A stretch of DNA of 64,000 nt from Candidatus Omnitrophota bacterium (GCA_903944345.1 CAJARJ010000014.1:990-64989), one strand, 5' to 3'; positions 1 to 10,167 are shown, counted from the stretch's first letter. Translations and numbers: made by a program. Notes: generated by a model not told the origin, from the letters alone.

Positions 1-2356
1 CAGGGAAACCCACGTCGACCTTGGCATTAAAATCCTGTCCGAAATCAAACCGCAGCCCGACTCCGACTCCCGCAATTTCATAATCACTGTACTCACCTAC
101 CTGCGGATTGTTCAGATACGCCGTTCCGTAATCAACAAAACCGGCGATACGGATAACTTCATCCACATATTTTCTGGTAAAGGGAATCCTGATCTCTTCC
201 GAGAAAGGTATCGGTGCCAACAGTTCGGAATTCAGCACCACACCATAATCACCTGTATGCCTGGACTGACTAAACCCTCTTACAGTATTGGCGCCACCAA
301 TAGAAAACTGCTCGACAGAAGGTAAAATATCTCCGGAAAACTGCGCCCGGGCTCTGGTTGTAATAATACTTCTGAAAGGAAGCTTCTGAAACCGGGCCAA
401 CTCAACATTAGTCTTGGCAAACTCCCCGCCCGCGCCCACTCTGGAAGCCAAATCGTCATTGGCTCCTGAACCGCCCAACATATCGGGAATGCCCTGGGAA
501 ACTTCCAAACTCAAAGTGTTCCTGCCATTGCGGGAAGCGTCCATTCTGTCCGCGTTCAATGCCATCCGGAGCACCCGCAAATTATCTTCACTGCTTAACT
601 GTCCCAGCATGTGATTCTGGGATTTTTTAATATCAAAACCGAGCTGAACATCCGCTTTCTGATTCAGATCCCGGTAAACAGGATGCGTCAAAAAGAATGA
701 AAGCGTTTCGGAAGCGCCTTTGGCGTCGATAGCCCGAAATTCTTTTTGCACCTCAAAGGCCGTTTTATCGTAAGAAACTCCGAAACGGGTCCCGGCTCTG
801 TTGACTGCAAGAGAATAGTCAATTTTTCCATAAGCCAGCGTATTGACAGGAACACCCAGAACACCCTGAACCTGGACCTTGTCCCCGTCCACAAGAAGGT
901 TGGAGCGATCCATTCCCATCCCGCCAAAATATTTGGTCACATTCCTCGAACCATAGTTATTGGCATCCACGAAGAAACGCGTCGGTGACTTGTCATTAAC
1001 CTTAAGAACAATATCAGCCGTTCCTGGCAGCTGCCCCTTGCGCATAACGACCTTGACAAAAATATTAGGATATTCATTGAGCAATAACAGGGATCTGTAC
1101 ATCTCACGATAATTAATGACTCCCTTGATAGAACACGAGAAATGACTCTTGATAAAATCGGTTGTATAGTGCTTGTTTCCATCCACAACAACCTCACCCA
1201 AACGCCCCTCAACAACAACGACCTTCAACACCCAGTTACTGAAATCCTGTGCCGGAAGAATGGCCCGGGCGAGGAAGAAGCCCTTTTTCTTGTAGTGAGA
1301 GTTAATAACACCCAGAATTTCCTGAAGATCCTTGAAACGCAGCGGCTTGAGCAAGTACGGTTCAAGCAGAGCTGAAAGTTCGTGCCCCGTAAAAATAGTA
1401 TTGCCGTCGAAGCTGAAACTGCCAACCTCGATCTTCTGCTCCTCTAACATTTTGAGTTCACTCTCGGGATAATCCAGTCGCCGGGATACATCGCCGGTCT
1501 GCCCGGAGGATTCTGTTTTTCCGGCAGTTACCACTCGGGAAGCATCGCCTTGCGGAACTCCACCTGCGGCAGCGACATCCTGAAAAGCCGAAGATGAGAA
1601 ATAATCGCGGTCACACACTTCGAATCCCAGTTTTTTCTCAAGATCCAGCTTGTCAGCACCCACGACCAGATCTGCAAGTTCAAAAGTCTCTGCGTCCTTG
1701 CGGGGAGAAACATCAAGCAAAACATCAACAGCACCAGGTTGCGCCCCTGAACTCAGCACAGCCCGTACGACCGAAGCCTCACTTTTGTTAAGCGACTGAA
1801 GAGATGCGGCAAACTTGTTGTAATTGAGCACACCATTAACCGTGCATGAAAAATATTTTTTAATAGCTTCCTGATCTTGCCCGCCCTTGACCGATACTTC
1901 TCCGAGACGTCCTTCAACAATCACAATCTTGAGAATCCATTTGTTAAATTCCTGAACAGGGAAAACAGCACGAGCAAGAAAGAAGCCCTTTTTACGGTAC
2001 TGGGCATTGATCACATCCAGCATTTCCTTTAACTCTTCGGAACGAAGTGGACGCAGAGCATACTGTTCCAGCATTCGAGAAAGCTCATGTGCGGTAAAAA
2101 CCGTGTTGCCGGAAAAATCAAAACTTCCGACAATAATTTCGCGATCTCTCTCTACAGCCGGATCTTCTGATGGCTGGAGTGCCTGCGGGTTTAAATCATT
2201 AGTCCACCCCATAGCCCCTCCGGCACGGGAAGACAATATCCCCTTTTCGACCACACCGGACATCGCATCAAGAGGGACCTGCTGAGACCAGGCAACAGAA
2301 GATGAAGAAAGGAAAGCAAATACCAGAAACAAGTTAAAAAGACGCAGGAATAGCAT
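1..2356 (-). CDS. ShlB/FhaC/HecB (TpsB, Omp85 superfamily) two-partner secretion transporter with duplicated POTRA pair; 3' end runs off the window
   Basis: Not in the ORF track; translated by hand from ATG 2356 (GGGAG upstream), open to base 1. Signal peptide MLFLRLFNLFLVFAFLSSSSVAWS, two copies of F.GNT.F...EL...Y.KKGFFLARA..P.Q.F....LK...VEGRLGEV, then barrel motifs NNYGS, EQFSIGGANTVRGF, FVDYG and GVGVGLR. Confidence 0.9.
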   Translation of the reverse strand, partial: MLFLRLFNLFLVFAFLSSSSVAWSQQVPLDAMSGVVEKGILSSRAGGAMGWTNDLNPQALQPSEDPAVERDREIIVGSFDFSGNTVFTAHELSRMLEQYALRPLRSEELKEMLDVINAQYRKKGFFLARAVFPVQEFNKWILKIVIVEGRLGEVSVKGGQDQEAIKKYFSCTVNGVLNYNKFAASLQSLNKSEASVVRAVLSSGAQPGAVDVLLDVSPRKDAETFELADLVVGADKLDLEKKLGFEVCDRDYFSSSAFQDVAAAGGVPQGDASRVVTAGKTESSGQTGDVSRRLDYPESELKMLEEQKIEVGSFSFDGNTIFTGHELSALLEPYLLKPLRFKDLQEILGVINSHYKKKGFFLARAILPAQDFSNWVLKVVVVEGRLGEVVVDGNKHYTTDFIKSHFSCSIKGVINYREMYRSLLLLNEYPNIFVKVVMRKGQLPGTADIVLKVNDKSPTRFFVDANNYGSRNVTKYFGGMGMDRSNLLVDGDKVQVQGVLGVPVNTLAYGKIDYSLAVNRAGTRFGVSYDKTAFEVQKEFRAIDAKGASETLSFFLTHPVYRDLNQKADVQLGFDIKKSQNHMLGQLSSEDNLRVLRMALNADRMDASRNGRNTLSLEVSQGIPDMLGGSGANDDLASRVGAGGEFAKTNVELARFQKLPFRSIITTRARAQFSGDILPSVEQFSIGGANTVRGFSQSRHTGDYGVVLNSELLAPIPFSEEIRIPFTRKYVDEVIRIAGFVDYGTAYLNNPQVGEYSDYEIAGVGVGLRFDFGQDFNAKVDVGFP

Positions 2357-2535
2357 AATGCAGTCTCCCGGTTTATATAACCACTTATAAGTATATATTA
2401 TTATTCAGAATAAAGATAATGACAGCAAAGATTTACTTTTTTATCTCGCCTTGCAACCTGACACAATCCAAATAAAGAAGGCTTTACCGACTCCCCGCAC
2501 ACAAGCTTCCCTCTTGTGGCATTTTCCCCGCACTC

Positions 2536-2574
2536 TTCTTGCAAGAACCAGAAGAAAACAGATTCTTGCGAGAA
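2536..2574. promoter_or_regulatory. Tandem palindromic boxes TTCTTGCAAGAA (2536-2547) and TTCTTGCGAGAA (2563-2574), candidate operator
   Basis: One perfect and one near-perfect 12-bp palindrome 27 bp apart in the 540-bp divergent intergenic region. Confidence 0.45.
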
Positions 2575-2896
2575 ATAAGTGGATAAAAGCGACACGCACT
2601 AACTCTGTTACCCCAATCAATGTTTACAGAAATCTGCGAAACAACGCTGAAAAGAACCATCATTTTCAACACTTTAATAACCGGAAATCTGACTTGAATT
2701 CATCCGTATCTTTTTTGTACGAATACTTTCGTCGACATCAAAAGCCTGGAGTTCAATCCGGGTTTATTATTCCAAATAAAAAATTGTATTAAACGAAATT
2801 CATCTTATATTAGTAATGATTCAAAAAAATCCGGCATTAACAAAATCATTGTTCTGTGCTAACCCGGAAATCTGAAAAAAAATCAACTCCCGGTAT

Positions 2897-4315
2897 ATGG
2901 CTTACCCGAAACCCTTAATCTCTGCAGTTGCCCTCATAGGCTGTTTAAGCGTGTCTTTGACTGCCTCGGGGGCTACTCCATCAATGGACCCTCTGGTTCT
3001 GCAGGATGAGCTTTTCTTCTGCCAGCAGGAAACTGTAAAAATCAGGGAAGATCTTGCCTTCAAGGAAAAGGAAATCCTCAAACTGCTCAGCGAAAGAGAC
3101 ATGTTCAGCCTGCGCGCCAACACCCTTCTGAAAAAAGATGCCGTCTCCAGTCTTTTTCTCAACGAATACGCCTCGAACATCAAGGCTCTTTCCTCCGAAA
3201 AAGAAACTGTCAAATCTCAACTTGCCAGGATCATTCGTGAAAAAGATGACCAAAATATTGAAATACGCCGCCTTAAACAAAAGCTTGCCCAAGTCAAACC
3301 TGCAGCACTCAAGGCAGCCTCGACCGTAGCTCAGGCCAAGATCGAACGAGTCCGCTTCGGTGCCGCCAGAACAATCGAGTCCCTGCGTTTTGAAGCTGAA
3401 AAATCTCATCTGACAGTTCTCGACGAAATGGACGAACTCAAAGAAGCTATCGACAAAAAAGACCTGATCATTAACAAAAAAGAACAGGCCATTTCAAAGA
3501 TATCATCAGAAGCAGTTGCAAAAACCGAAATTGAACGCATTCGTTACGGTGCGGCCAAAACAATCGAAGCTGTCCGCTTTGACGCTGAGAAAGCCCGCCA
3601 GGCGCTGGTCAATGAAATAGACCGGCTGAAGCGCTCTCTGGACGAGAAAAATCTGGAGTTCACCAGAATGGCCAGCGAATGCGAAACCCGGTCAACCACA
3701 CTGCAGAAAGAACTTGCCACACGAAAGATGCCTGCAACAGAAAGAAGCAATGCCCTTACCCAACAAATAGCCGAACTCAACAGCGCCCTTTTAAAAACCC
3801 AGGAAGAACTCAAAAACAAAACAAATCTGGCCGCCACAGCTGCTCGCGAACAGGAACGGCTTGTGTCCCTCCTTAATGAAGAGAAGAACTCCAAACAATC
3901 CGTAGAGAAAACAATTCTCCAACTGCAAAAACAAGCCGGCGACTCGGACGCTCTTTTTCAGCAGAAACTGAAAACAGCAACAGACCCCCTGACGAAGAAA
4001 CTTGAGACGGCAGAAAAAGAACTTAAAAAATCAAAAGAAGAAAACCTGAAATTATCAGCCGCCAAAGCTGACTCGGTGGTGGAATTTTCCAAACAGCTCG
4101 CCGAACTCAAACAAGACCTGTCCGAACAAAAATCAGCCACCAAGGAGCAACTAAAGCTTATTGACACTCTGAAACAGGAAGCCGCCAAGGCAGGGACACA
4201 ACATAAAACTCTTCTGGAAGAAAAAGCAGCACTGGAAAAAACAATCACCCGCTTGACGGCTGAACTAAAAAGCAAAAATACACCCGCAAAAACAGACGCA
4301 CCATCCGGCAAATAA
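2897..4315 (+). CDS. Secreted long coiled-coil protein with internal 63-aa tandem repeat
   Basis: 472 aa; N-terminal signal peptide; K/E/L/A-rich heptads; repeat IERVRFGAARTIESLRFEAEK / IERIRYGAAKTIEAVRFDAEK. Confidence 0.75.
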   Translation: MAYPKPLISAVALIGCLSVSLTASGATPSMDPLVLQDELFFCQQETVKIREDLAFKEKEILKLLSERDMFSLRANTLLKKDAVSSLFLNEYASNIKALSSEKETVKSQLARIIREKDDQNIEIRRLKQKLAQVKPAALKAASTVAQAKIERVRFGAARTIESLRFEAEKSHLTVLDEMDELKEAIDKKDLIINKKEQAISKISSEAVAKTEIERIRYGAAKTIEAVRFDAEKARQALVNEIDRLKRSLDEKNLEFTRMASECETRSTTLQKELATRKMPATERSNALTQQIAELNSALLKTQEELKNKTNLAATAAREQERLVSLLNEEKNSKQSVEKTILQLQKQAGDSDALFQQKLKTATDPLTKKLETAEKELKKSKEENLKLSAAKADSVVEFSKQLAELKQDLSEQKSATKEQLKLIDTLKQEAAKAGTQHKTLLEEKAALEKTITRLTAELKSKNTPAKTDAPSGK

Positions 4316-4350
4316 CTTACCTGTAGACCATCAATAGCGGCCAGACTTTT

Positions 4351-6309
4351 CTATTCATAACGTAAAGCTTCGACCGGATTTAATCCGGCAGCCTGCATGG
4401 CGGGTCGCAGCCCGAATACAATACCAACAAGTACCGAAAAAGACGTAGCCATTACCACAGACACCCAGGAAACTTTGGTCGTCCAACCGGCCAAAACAGA
4501 CAACAAAAATGCCGCTGAAACCCCCAGCAGCACTCCGGCCAGACCACCAGCGACTGTCATCAGTATGGATTCGATCAAAAATTGCGCTGTAATATCTGAA
4601 CGCCGAGCCCCTATAGCTTTTCTCAGTCCGATCTCCCTGGTTCTTTCCGTCACGGAAACCAGCATAATATTCATGATTCCGATCCCGCCGACCAAAAGAG
4701 AAATGGCCGCAATCGATCCCAATAAAACTGTCATCGTCTGGGTCGTGGCCTCAAGTGTCTGACGAAGTTCAGCCATATTCCTGATCTGAAAAGCTTCTTC
4801 ATTCCCGCTACTCAAGTTCTGACGCCTGATGATCAGCGATTTCAAGTCCTGCTGAACCTGCTCCATAAAAACCGGATCCGTCACCTCAACATCAATCGAG
4901 TCAACATACTGCTTGCCCAACAACCGGTTCATAGCCGTCGAAATCGGGACCAGAACCGTATCATCCTCATCCCGGAAACCTGAAGCTCCCTTCTCTGGCA
5001 ATACTCCAATAACCCGAAATCCTGTCCGGTTTATCCTGATGGATCGCCCGACAGGATCCTCATTGATAAACAGGGCGCTGGCTACAGTCTGTCCGATGAC
5101 AGCCACCCGTTCGCGCTGCAGAAGCTCTTTTTCATCAAAAAAACGCCCCAAAACAGGAACCGCCGAACGCATCAAGGGATACTCAACTCCAACGCCCTGC
5201 ACCTCGGAATTCCAATTTTTATCACCATACACCAGTTGCACCCGTCCTCTGACTGAAGGAGAAACCCGGCTGACATTATTTACAATTTTCATGGCTGCAC
5301 TGTCTTGCAAGGTAAATCGGGTAACCGTCCCTGCCTCAAGTGCCACGCCGTGCATCTGCGAAGACCCGGGGCGCACCATCAAAAGATTGGATCCCAAAGA
5401 AGAAAGCCGCTGCTCAATCGAGTCCCGGGCTCCCTGCCCCAGAGCCAGCATGGCAATAACAGCAGCCACTCCAATCAATATCCCTAACATGGACAACAAA
5501 GAACGTAAACGGTTGGCCAATATCGCATCCAGCGATTGACGAACATGATCCGAAAACTCGGCGCGGCCAAAAACTGACCCGGTGCGAGTCAAAACCTGGG
5601 AAATACTCCTGTTCTCACGAAGAACGACCGGCTTGAAATCCTTTTTTCGCTCATCCGAAATGATACGACCATCCCGCATCGTAATAATCCGGCCGGCATG
5701 CTCTGCAACCTCAAGCTCATGCGTGACCATAACAATGGTCTTGCCCTGTTGATTAAGCTGACGCAAAATCGCCATAATTTCCGCTTCACTTCTGGTGTCC
5801 AGATTTCCGGTAGGTTCATCTGCAAAAATAATCAAAGGCTCGTTGACCAGCGAACGGGCAATAGCAACCCGCTGGCGTTCCCCTCCGGACAGTTCTCCAG
5901 GAAGATGCCGGGCACGAGCCGCAAGTCCGACTGCGGACAATTTCTCCGCCGCCAGTCGTCTGTCAGCCTGCGGTCCGGCATACGTCAAGGGCAAAGCAAC
6001 ATTGGCCAAAGCGCTGATACGGGGTAAAAGATGAAACTGCTGAAAAACAAAACCGGCAATCTGATTACGTAAAACCGCCATCTGATCGTCGTCCAAACCG
6101 CTTATATCTGTACCATTGAGCAAATATGCCCCTGTATCAGGACGGTCAAAAAAACCAAGAATATGCAGCATCGTGGATTTACCGGAACCGGATGCCCCCA
6201 TGACCGCCACAAATTCTCCGGCTTCGATCCGCAAAGAAACATTATCCAGCGCCCGCACTTCCTCGCTCCCCATCCGATATGCCCTTGAAACATTTCTTAA
6301 CTCAATCAT
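4351..6309 (-). CDS. macB: MacB-family ABC transporter (ATPase-permease fusion)
   Basis: Walker A GASGSGKST, LSGGERQRVAIAR, ADEPTGNLD, then MacB periplasmic domain and VTERTREIGLRKAIGA; start taken at MIELRNV. Confidence 0.93.
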   Translation of the reverse strand: MIELRNVSRAYRMGSEEVRALDNVSLRIEAGEFVAVMGASGSGKSTMLHILGFFDRPDTGAYLLNGTDISGLDDDQMAVLRNQIAGFVFQQFHLLPRISALANVALPLTYAGPQADRRLAAEKLSAVGLAARARHLPGELSGGERQRVAIARSLVNEPLIIFADEPTGNLDTRSEAEIMAILRQLNQQGKTIVMVTHELEVAEHAGRIITMRDGRIISDERKKDFKPVVLRENRSISQVLTRTGSVFGRAEFSDHVRQSLDAILANRLRSLLSMLGILIGVAAVIAMLALGQGARDSIEQRLSSLGSNLLMVRPGSSQMHGVALEAGTVTRFTLQDSAAMKIVNNVSRVSPSVRGRVQLVYGDKNWNSEVQGVGVEYPLMRSAVPVLGRFFDEKELLQRERVAVIGQTVASALFINEDPVGRSIRINRTGFRVIGVLPEKGASGFRDEDDTVLVPISTAMNRLLGKQYVDSIDVEVTDPVFMEQVQQDLKSLIIRRQNLSSGNEEAFQIRNMAELRQTLEATTQTMTVLLGSIAAISLLVGGIGIMNIMLVSVTERTREIGLRKAIGARRSDITAQFLIESILMTVAGGLAGVLLGVSAAFLLSVLAGWTTKVSWVSVVMATSFSVLVGIVFGLRPAMQAAGLNPVEALRYE

Positions 6310-6316
6310 GGCATCC

Positions 6317-7273
6317 TTATCTGGCCGCACGCGGTCTGGATGGAACAAATGGACTGCTTGTGCCCTTCACTTTTCTGGAGGCCAACGACAAACTTTTTCT
6401 GATGACAACATCCCCGGCCTCAAGTCCGCCCAAAACTTCGGTATTCTCCTCGTCTGAAATTCCGGTCAAGATCTCCTGTTTTTGCGGTTTTGTTTCTCCT
6501 GCACGAAAAACTGTCACAAAAGAACTCCCGTCCTGTCGGTCGATATACTCCGAAGGAACCAACAAGACATTCTCTCTCAGATCAGAAATAATCCGGACAT
6601 CAGCACTCATGCCGGAACGAAACACCTGCGGGATCTCGTCAGGGATAAGGTCAACGTAGTAGACAGTAACATTACTGACAACCTTTGATTCGTAATAGAC
6701 ATGCTCGACCGTTGCCCGCACAACCGTCTCTGGATACGCATCCAGCGTGATGCTAGCTCTTTGCCCGGTCTGCACCCTGCCGATATCTGTTTCATCCACC
6801 TGAGCCTGGACAATCAAGCGATCGGAAAGGACAACAACAGCATCAGCCGCCGTGACAACCTGTCCCGGATTTACCGCCTTGACAATGACATCCCCGTCAA
6901 TAGGCGCCAACAAGGGAATCGGCTTGTATGCATCTTCCCATTTACGCCGGGAATCTTCCCCCTGAAGGTAAGCTGCATCCAGTAACGCTGCCCGGTCAGT
7001 CGAACTCATAAACGCCAGAACGTCTCCGGTTTTTACCACCGCCCCTTCTTGAACAAGAATTTGTTCAATACGACCGCTAATCGGAGGCTTGACCTCAAGA
7101 CGATTTCTGGGTTTGACCGTACCCGTGGCTGTTATGGCTGACTCCAGCCTCCCCAGCGACAAACGCGTTCTTTTCTCGGCAGGATCCGGAGCAGTGTTGC
7201 GACGAAAGACCAAAAACAAAACACACAAGAGAGCCACCGGCACTATGACGAAAACAATGATCTTCTTAATCAT
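6317..7273 (-). CDS. macA: MacA-like periplasmic adaptor with very short alpha-hairpin
   Basis: N-terminal TM, ATGTVKP, lipoyl halves VKPPISGRIEQILVQEG and APIDG, VDETDIGRV, RSGMSA. Confidence 0.88.
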   Translation of the reverse strand: MIKKIIVFVIVPVALLCVLFLVFRRNTAPDPAEKRTRLSLGRLESAITATGTVKPRNRLEVKPPISGRIEQILVQEGAVVKTGDVLAFMSSTDRAALLDAAYLQGEDSRRKWEDAYKPIPLLAPIDGDVIVKAVNPGQVVTAADAVVVLSDRLIVQAQVDETDIGRVQTGQRASITLDAYPETVVRATVEHVYYESKVVSNVTVYYVDLIPDEIPQVFRSGMSADVRIISDLRENVLLVPSEYIDRQDGSSFVTVFRAGETKPQKQEILTGISDEENTEVLGGLEAGDVVIRKSLSLASRKVKGTSSPFVPSRPRAAR

Positions 7274-8534
7274 GCAAAGTCTCTCCTTTCGCCTGTTGCC
7301 AGGCAGCCTGCGCAATCAGGGCATTCATCCTGGCCTGCAAAAGCGTTTTCTGATCACGAACCAGATCATCCTCAATAATCGACCACTCGTTGAAAGATGC
7401 CTGTCCTGCCGTATACTGTGCTCCAACAATGCTGGAACGCTGGGTGGATGCCTCCAAAAACTTGATCTGAACATCCACCAGATCAAGACTATCCTGCCAA
7501 CTGGTCCAAGCCTGGGCAAGTGTCAATAAAAGCCCGTTTTTTTCAACACGATACTCTGCTTCGGCCTGCTGTAATCCTGCCTTGGCCCGATCCAAAGCCG
7601 CTTTCCGAGCCCCACCCTGAAATAAAGGGAACGAGAGTGTCAACCCGGAAGACCAGTCACTTGTATCAGCTGGCCAATCCGCACCTGTTTTCCCTGCGCC
7701 GGCATCAAAAAAAATCTGCGGCCAGAAGTTCGAACGCGCAGACTTAAGCGCATATCTTGCCGATTCTCTTTTCGCCAAAGAATATTTCAATACTGGCGTA
7801 CTATCAATCAATAGCTCAAAATCAGGCCGCTGCCGGTCAGCCGATCCGCTGTCCAGTTGGCCCTGCGCTCTTATCGATTTGAACTGATCCCGGCCCAAAG
7901 CCCGGGATAAACGAATCTGCGCCAACTCAACATTACGCAAAGCCTGTTCATACTCGCAAGCAGCTCTGGCCGTATTAGCACGAGCCGTCAGCAGGGAGCC
8001 TTTGTGCTCTCTTCCAACCTGGTATTGCAGATTAACGATATCCTCATTCTGCTGTCGTCTGGCAAGAATACCATCTGTCACTCCCAAAAACTCCTGTGCG
8101 TTCAAAAGCTCCACAAAGGCCGTCCGCAAATTAAGCCGGACATTGGCGGAAACAACCAGATAATGATATTCCGCCGCAGATATTTCTTTTCGCTGCGCTG
8201 CAGCGTCATTGGCTGTCTTAAACCCGTCAAACAACAGCTGTCTGGCAGATAACCGGTAAGAATGTTCTTCATTACGGGATCGTCCGGACACTTTACCGAT
8301 AGATGACCCCGCAGAGGCGCTCAACTGGGGAAGCCGGGTTGAGTTAACCTCTTTCAACCCGGACTTTATTCCATCGAGAACTGCCTGCGCAGCAACAAGA
8401 TCTGGATGGTTCTTCCGGGCCTCCGCAAGACAACTCTCCCAGCTCAACTCACCCTCGGCCCGGGCCAGTCCTGTACAAATCAACAAACCAAGAACCGGCA
8501 AGCCCCACCATGATATTCTGATCAAACGGCTCAT
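7266..8534 (-). CDS. TolC-family outer membrane efflux protein
   Basis: Signal peptide; two OEP repeats (LPQLSAS..LFDGF; WPQIFF..PLFQGG); directly upstream of macA-macB. Confidence 0.9.
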   Translation of the reverse strand: MSRLIRISWWGLPVLGLLICTGLARAEGELSWESCLAEARKNHPDLVAAQAVLDGIKSGLKEVNSTRLPQLSASAGSSIGKVSGRSRNEEHSYRLSARQLLFDGFKTANDAAAQRKEISAAEYHYLVVSANVRLNLRTAFVELLNAQEFLGVTDGILARRQQNEDIVNLQYQVGREHKGSLLTARANTARAACEYEQALRNVELAQIRLSRALGRDQFKSIRAQGQLDSGSADRQRPDFELLIDSTPVLKYSLAKRESARYALKSARSNFWPQIFFDAGAGKTGADWPADTSDWSSGLTLSFPLFQGGARKAALDRAKAGLQQAEAEYRVEKNGLLLTLAQAWTSWQDSLDLVDVQIKFLEASTQRSSIVGAQYTAGQASFNEWSIIEDDLVRDQKTLLQARMNALIAQAAWQQAKGETLHD

Positions 8535-9052
8535 TCCATATCCTCAGGAGGCATATCTCCGGAAAACTTTCCGTGTTTTTTGCCTTTTAGACCATTTTTA
8601 CGCATCTGATCATGTTTCTGACGAAAATGCCGGCCTTTTTCATCAAATTTCATAAATTGTTCGACTGTCAGCACCTTGCGAATTTCAAGAATAAAGGCCA
8701 ATCGTTGATCTTCCTGCTGATTTTTCAGCCCCTTAAGTTCATTATGAATACGCGTCACTTCCTGCTCATTGAGAGTTGCTGACTGCAGGGCGGCTGTCAA
8801 CTGCTGCCGTTTTTCATCCATAAGCGTCTTTAGATTCTCCCTGGCTTTTTCACTATTCTGGCGGATCTCCTTCAACTGGGTCTTTTGTTCTTCCGACAAC
8901 CCCAACTCTTCAAAAATCTTCTCCGGACCTTGCCCTCGCTGATGCCACTGGCGAGCCTCTCTGCCTTCGGACACTTCCTGGGCCGCAACCAAACTTGAAC
9001 CACTCAAAAGAAAAACTAATCCCGTAATGATCATAAGAAATTTTGTCTTCAT
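8531..9052 (-). CDS. Spy/CpxP-family periplasmic chaperone
   Basis: Signal peptide; LGLSEEQKTQL and VLTVEQ (LTxxQ-type) motifs. Confidence 0.8.
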   Translation of the reverse strand: MKTKFLMIITGLVFLLSGSSLVAAQEVSEGREARQWHQRGQGPEKIFEELGLSEEQKTQLKEIRQNSEKARENLKTLMDEKRQQLTAALQSATLNEQEVTRIHNELKGLKNQQEDQRLAFILEIRKVLTVEQFMKFDEKGRHFRQKHDQMRKNGLKGKKHGKFSGDMPPEDME

Positions 9053-9070
9053 TTTCCTGCCTCCATAGTT

Positions 9071-9553
9071 TTATAAAAAGTACTGCTCAATAAGTGTCCC
9101 GTAATCCGTTGCCCCGTTATCCCCCTCAATCAGCTCTGCCAGTACAAGAACAGATTGATCCTTATTCTCCTGCTCAACCAAAACCTGCGGCCCCGTAGTA
9201 ACATGAAGCAGCGAAAACACACCCAAAAGAACCACCAGCGACCACGCCAAGGCAGGCGCCGGAACCAAAAAACATTTCCGGATACCCATCAAGAAATCGC
9301 CTGCAATTTCCGCCAGGTCAGGAACCTGCCGTTTTTCTGTTTTCTCACGTATTCGCTGCCAGACAGATGGATCCACCGACTCGACTGGAGCTCCGACAAA
9401 AGGAGAAACAGTACGACTTTGAATCATCTCAAGAAGCTGACGGCATTCGGGACAAATCTTGAGATGCCCATCAACCAACGCCAGTCGTTCTGGTTCACAG
9501 CAGCCGTCGATATAGTCCGTCAACAAAATATCTCTTATTGTCTTACAATTCAT
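9071..9553 (-). CDS. Zinc-binding (zf-HC2) membrane anti-sigma factor
   Basis: HLKICPEC (HxxxCxxC), one TM, overlaps the ECF sigma stop. Confidence 0.88.
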   Translation of the reverse strand: MNCKTIRDILLTDYIDGCCEPERLALVDGHLKICPECRQLLEMIQSRTVSPFVGAPVESVDPSVWQRIREKTEKRQVPDLAEIAGDFLMGIRKCFLVPAPALAWSLVVLLGVFSLLHVTTGPQVLVEQENKDQSVLVLAELIEGDNGATDYGTLIEQYFL

Positions 9554-10100
9554 CGGCCATCACCTCCTCTTTGATCCCCAGCAGTTTCTCGCGTCCGCGC
9601 TTGAGCCTCGAACGCACAACATTAATATTCACATTCAACGCCGCAGCAATCTGCTCATAAGTCAGACCTTCGATAGCGCGCAGGATCATGCAAACCCGCT
9701 GCTCGGGTGAAAGCGCGTCCAGCAATCGCCGGATCAGTCCTTCCTTATATTCTTTCTCTGCCGCCTGCGTTACTTCCGGCAAGGCCGCTCCGCTAAAAGC
9801 ATCATCATATTCAACCGTCCGGAATCTTTCCTTGCCTCTTTTACGGTAATAATTGATAGAAGTATTCACCGTAATCCGGTACAACCAGGTGCTTAAGGAA
9901 GACTCCGCACGAAACTCTTTAAGTCTGCTATGCATGGTCACAAAAACCTCCTGCACAATCTCACCGGCATCCTCACGGTTGCGCAAAATCCGCAAACTGA
10001 TGTTATACAGCTGATCCGCATACGTTCGGTAAATCTCTTCAAACGCTCCCACATCACCAGCCGCCGCCCGCTGAATCACTTCGCTGGATACATCCTTCAT
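9543..10100 (-). CDS. ECF RNA polymerase sigma factor
   Basis: GDVGAFEEIY, STWLYRITVN (region 2), GLTYEQIA..VVRSRLKRGR (region 4); AAGGAG RBS. Confidence 0.93.
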   Translation of the reverse strand: MKDVSSEVIQRAAAGDVGAFEEIYRTYADQLYNISLRILRNREDAGEIVQEVFVTMHSRLKEFRAESSLSTWLYRITVNTSINYYRKRGKERFRTVEYDDAFSGAALPEVTQAAEKEYKEGLIRRLLDALSPEQRVCMILRAIEGLTYEQIAAALNVNINVVRSRLKRGREKLLGIKEEVMADEL

Positions 10101-10167
10101 TCAAACTCCTTACACCCAACCGGTTTAGGCTTGCCCGTTGAAAGACACTGGCATGCCTTTCAATTAT

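Noticed and set aside
414-2285. Many short ORFs in the ORF track at the window start
   Set aside because: All are shadows of the single minus-strand TpsB frame, which the track missed because it has no stop in the window.
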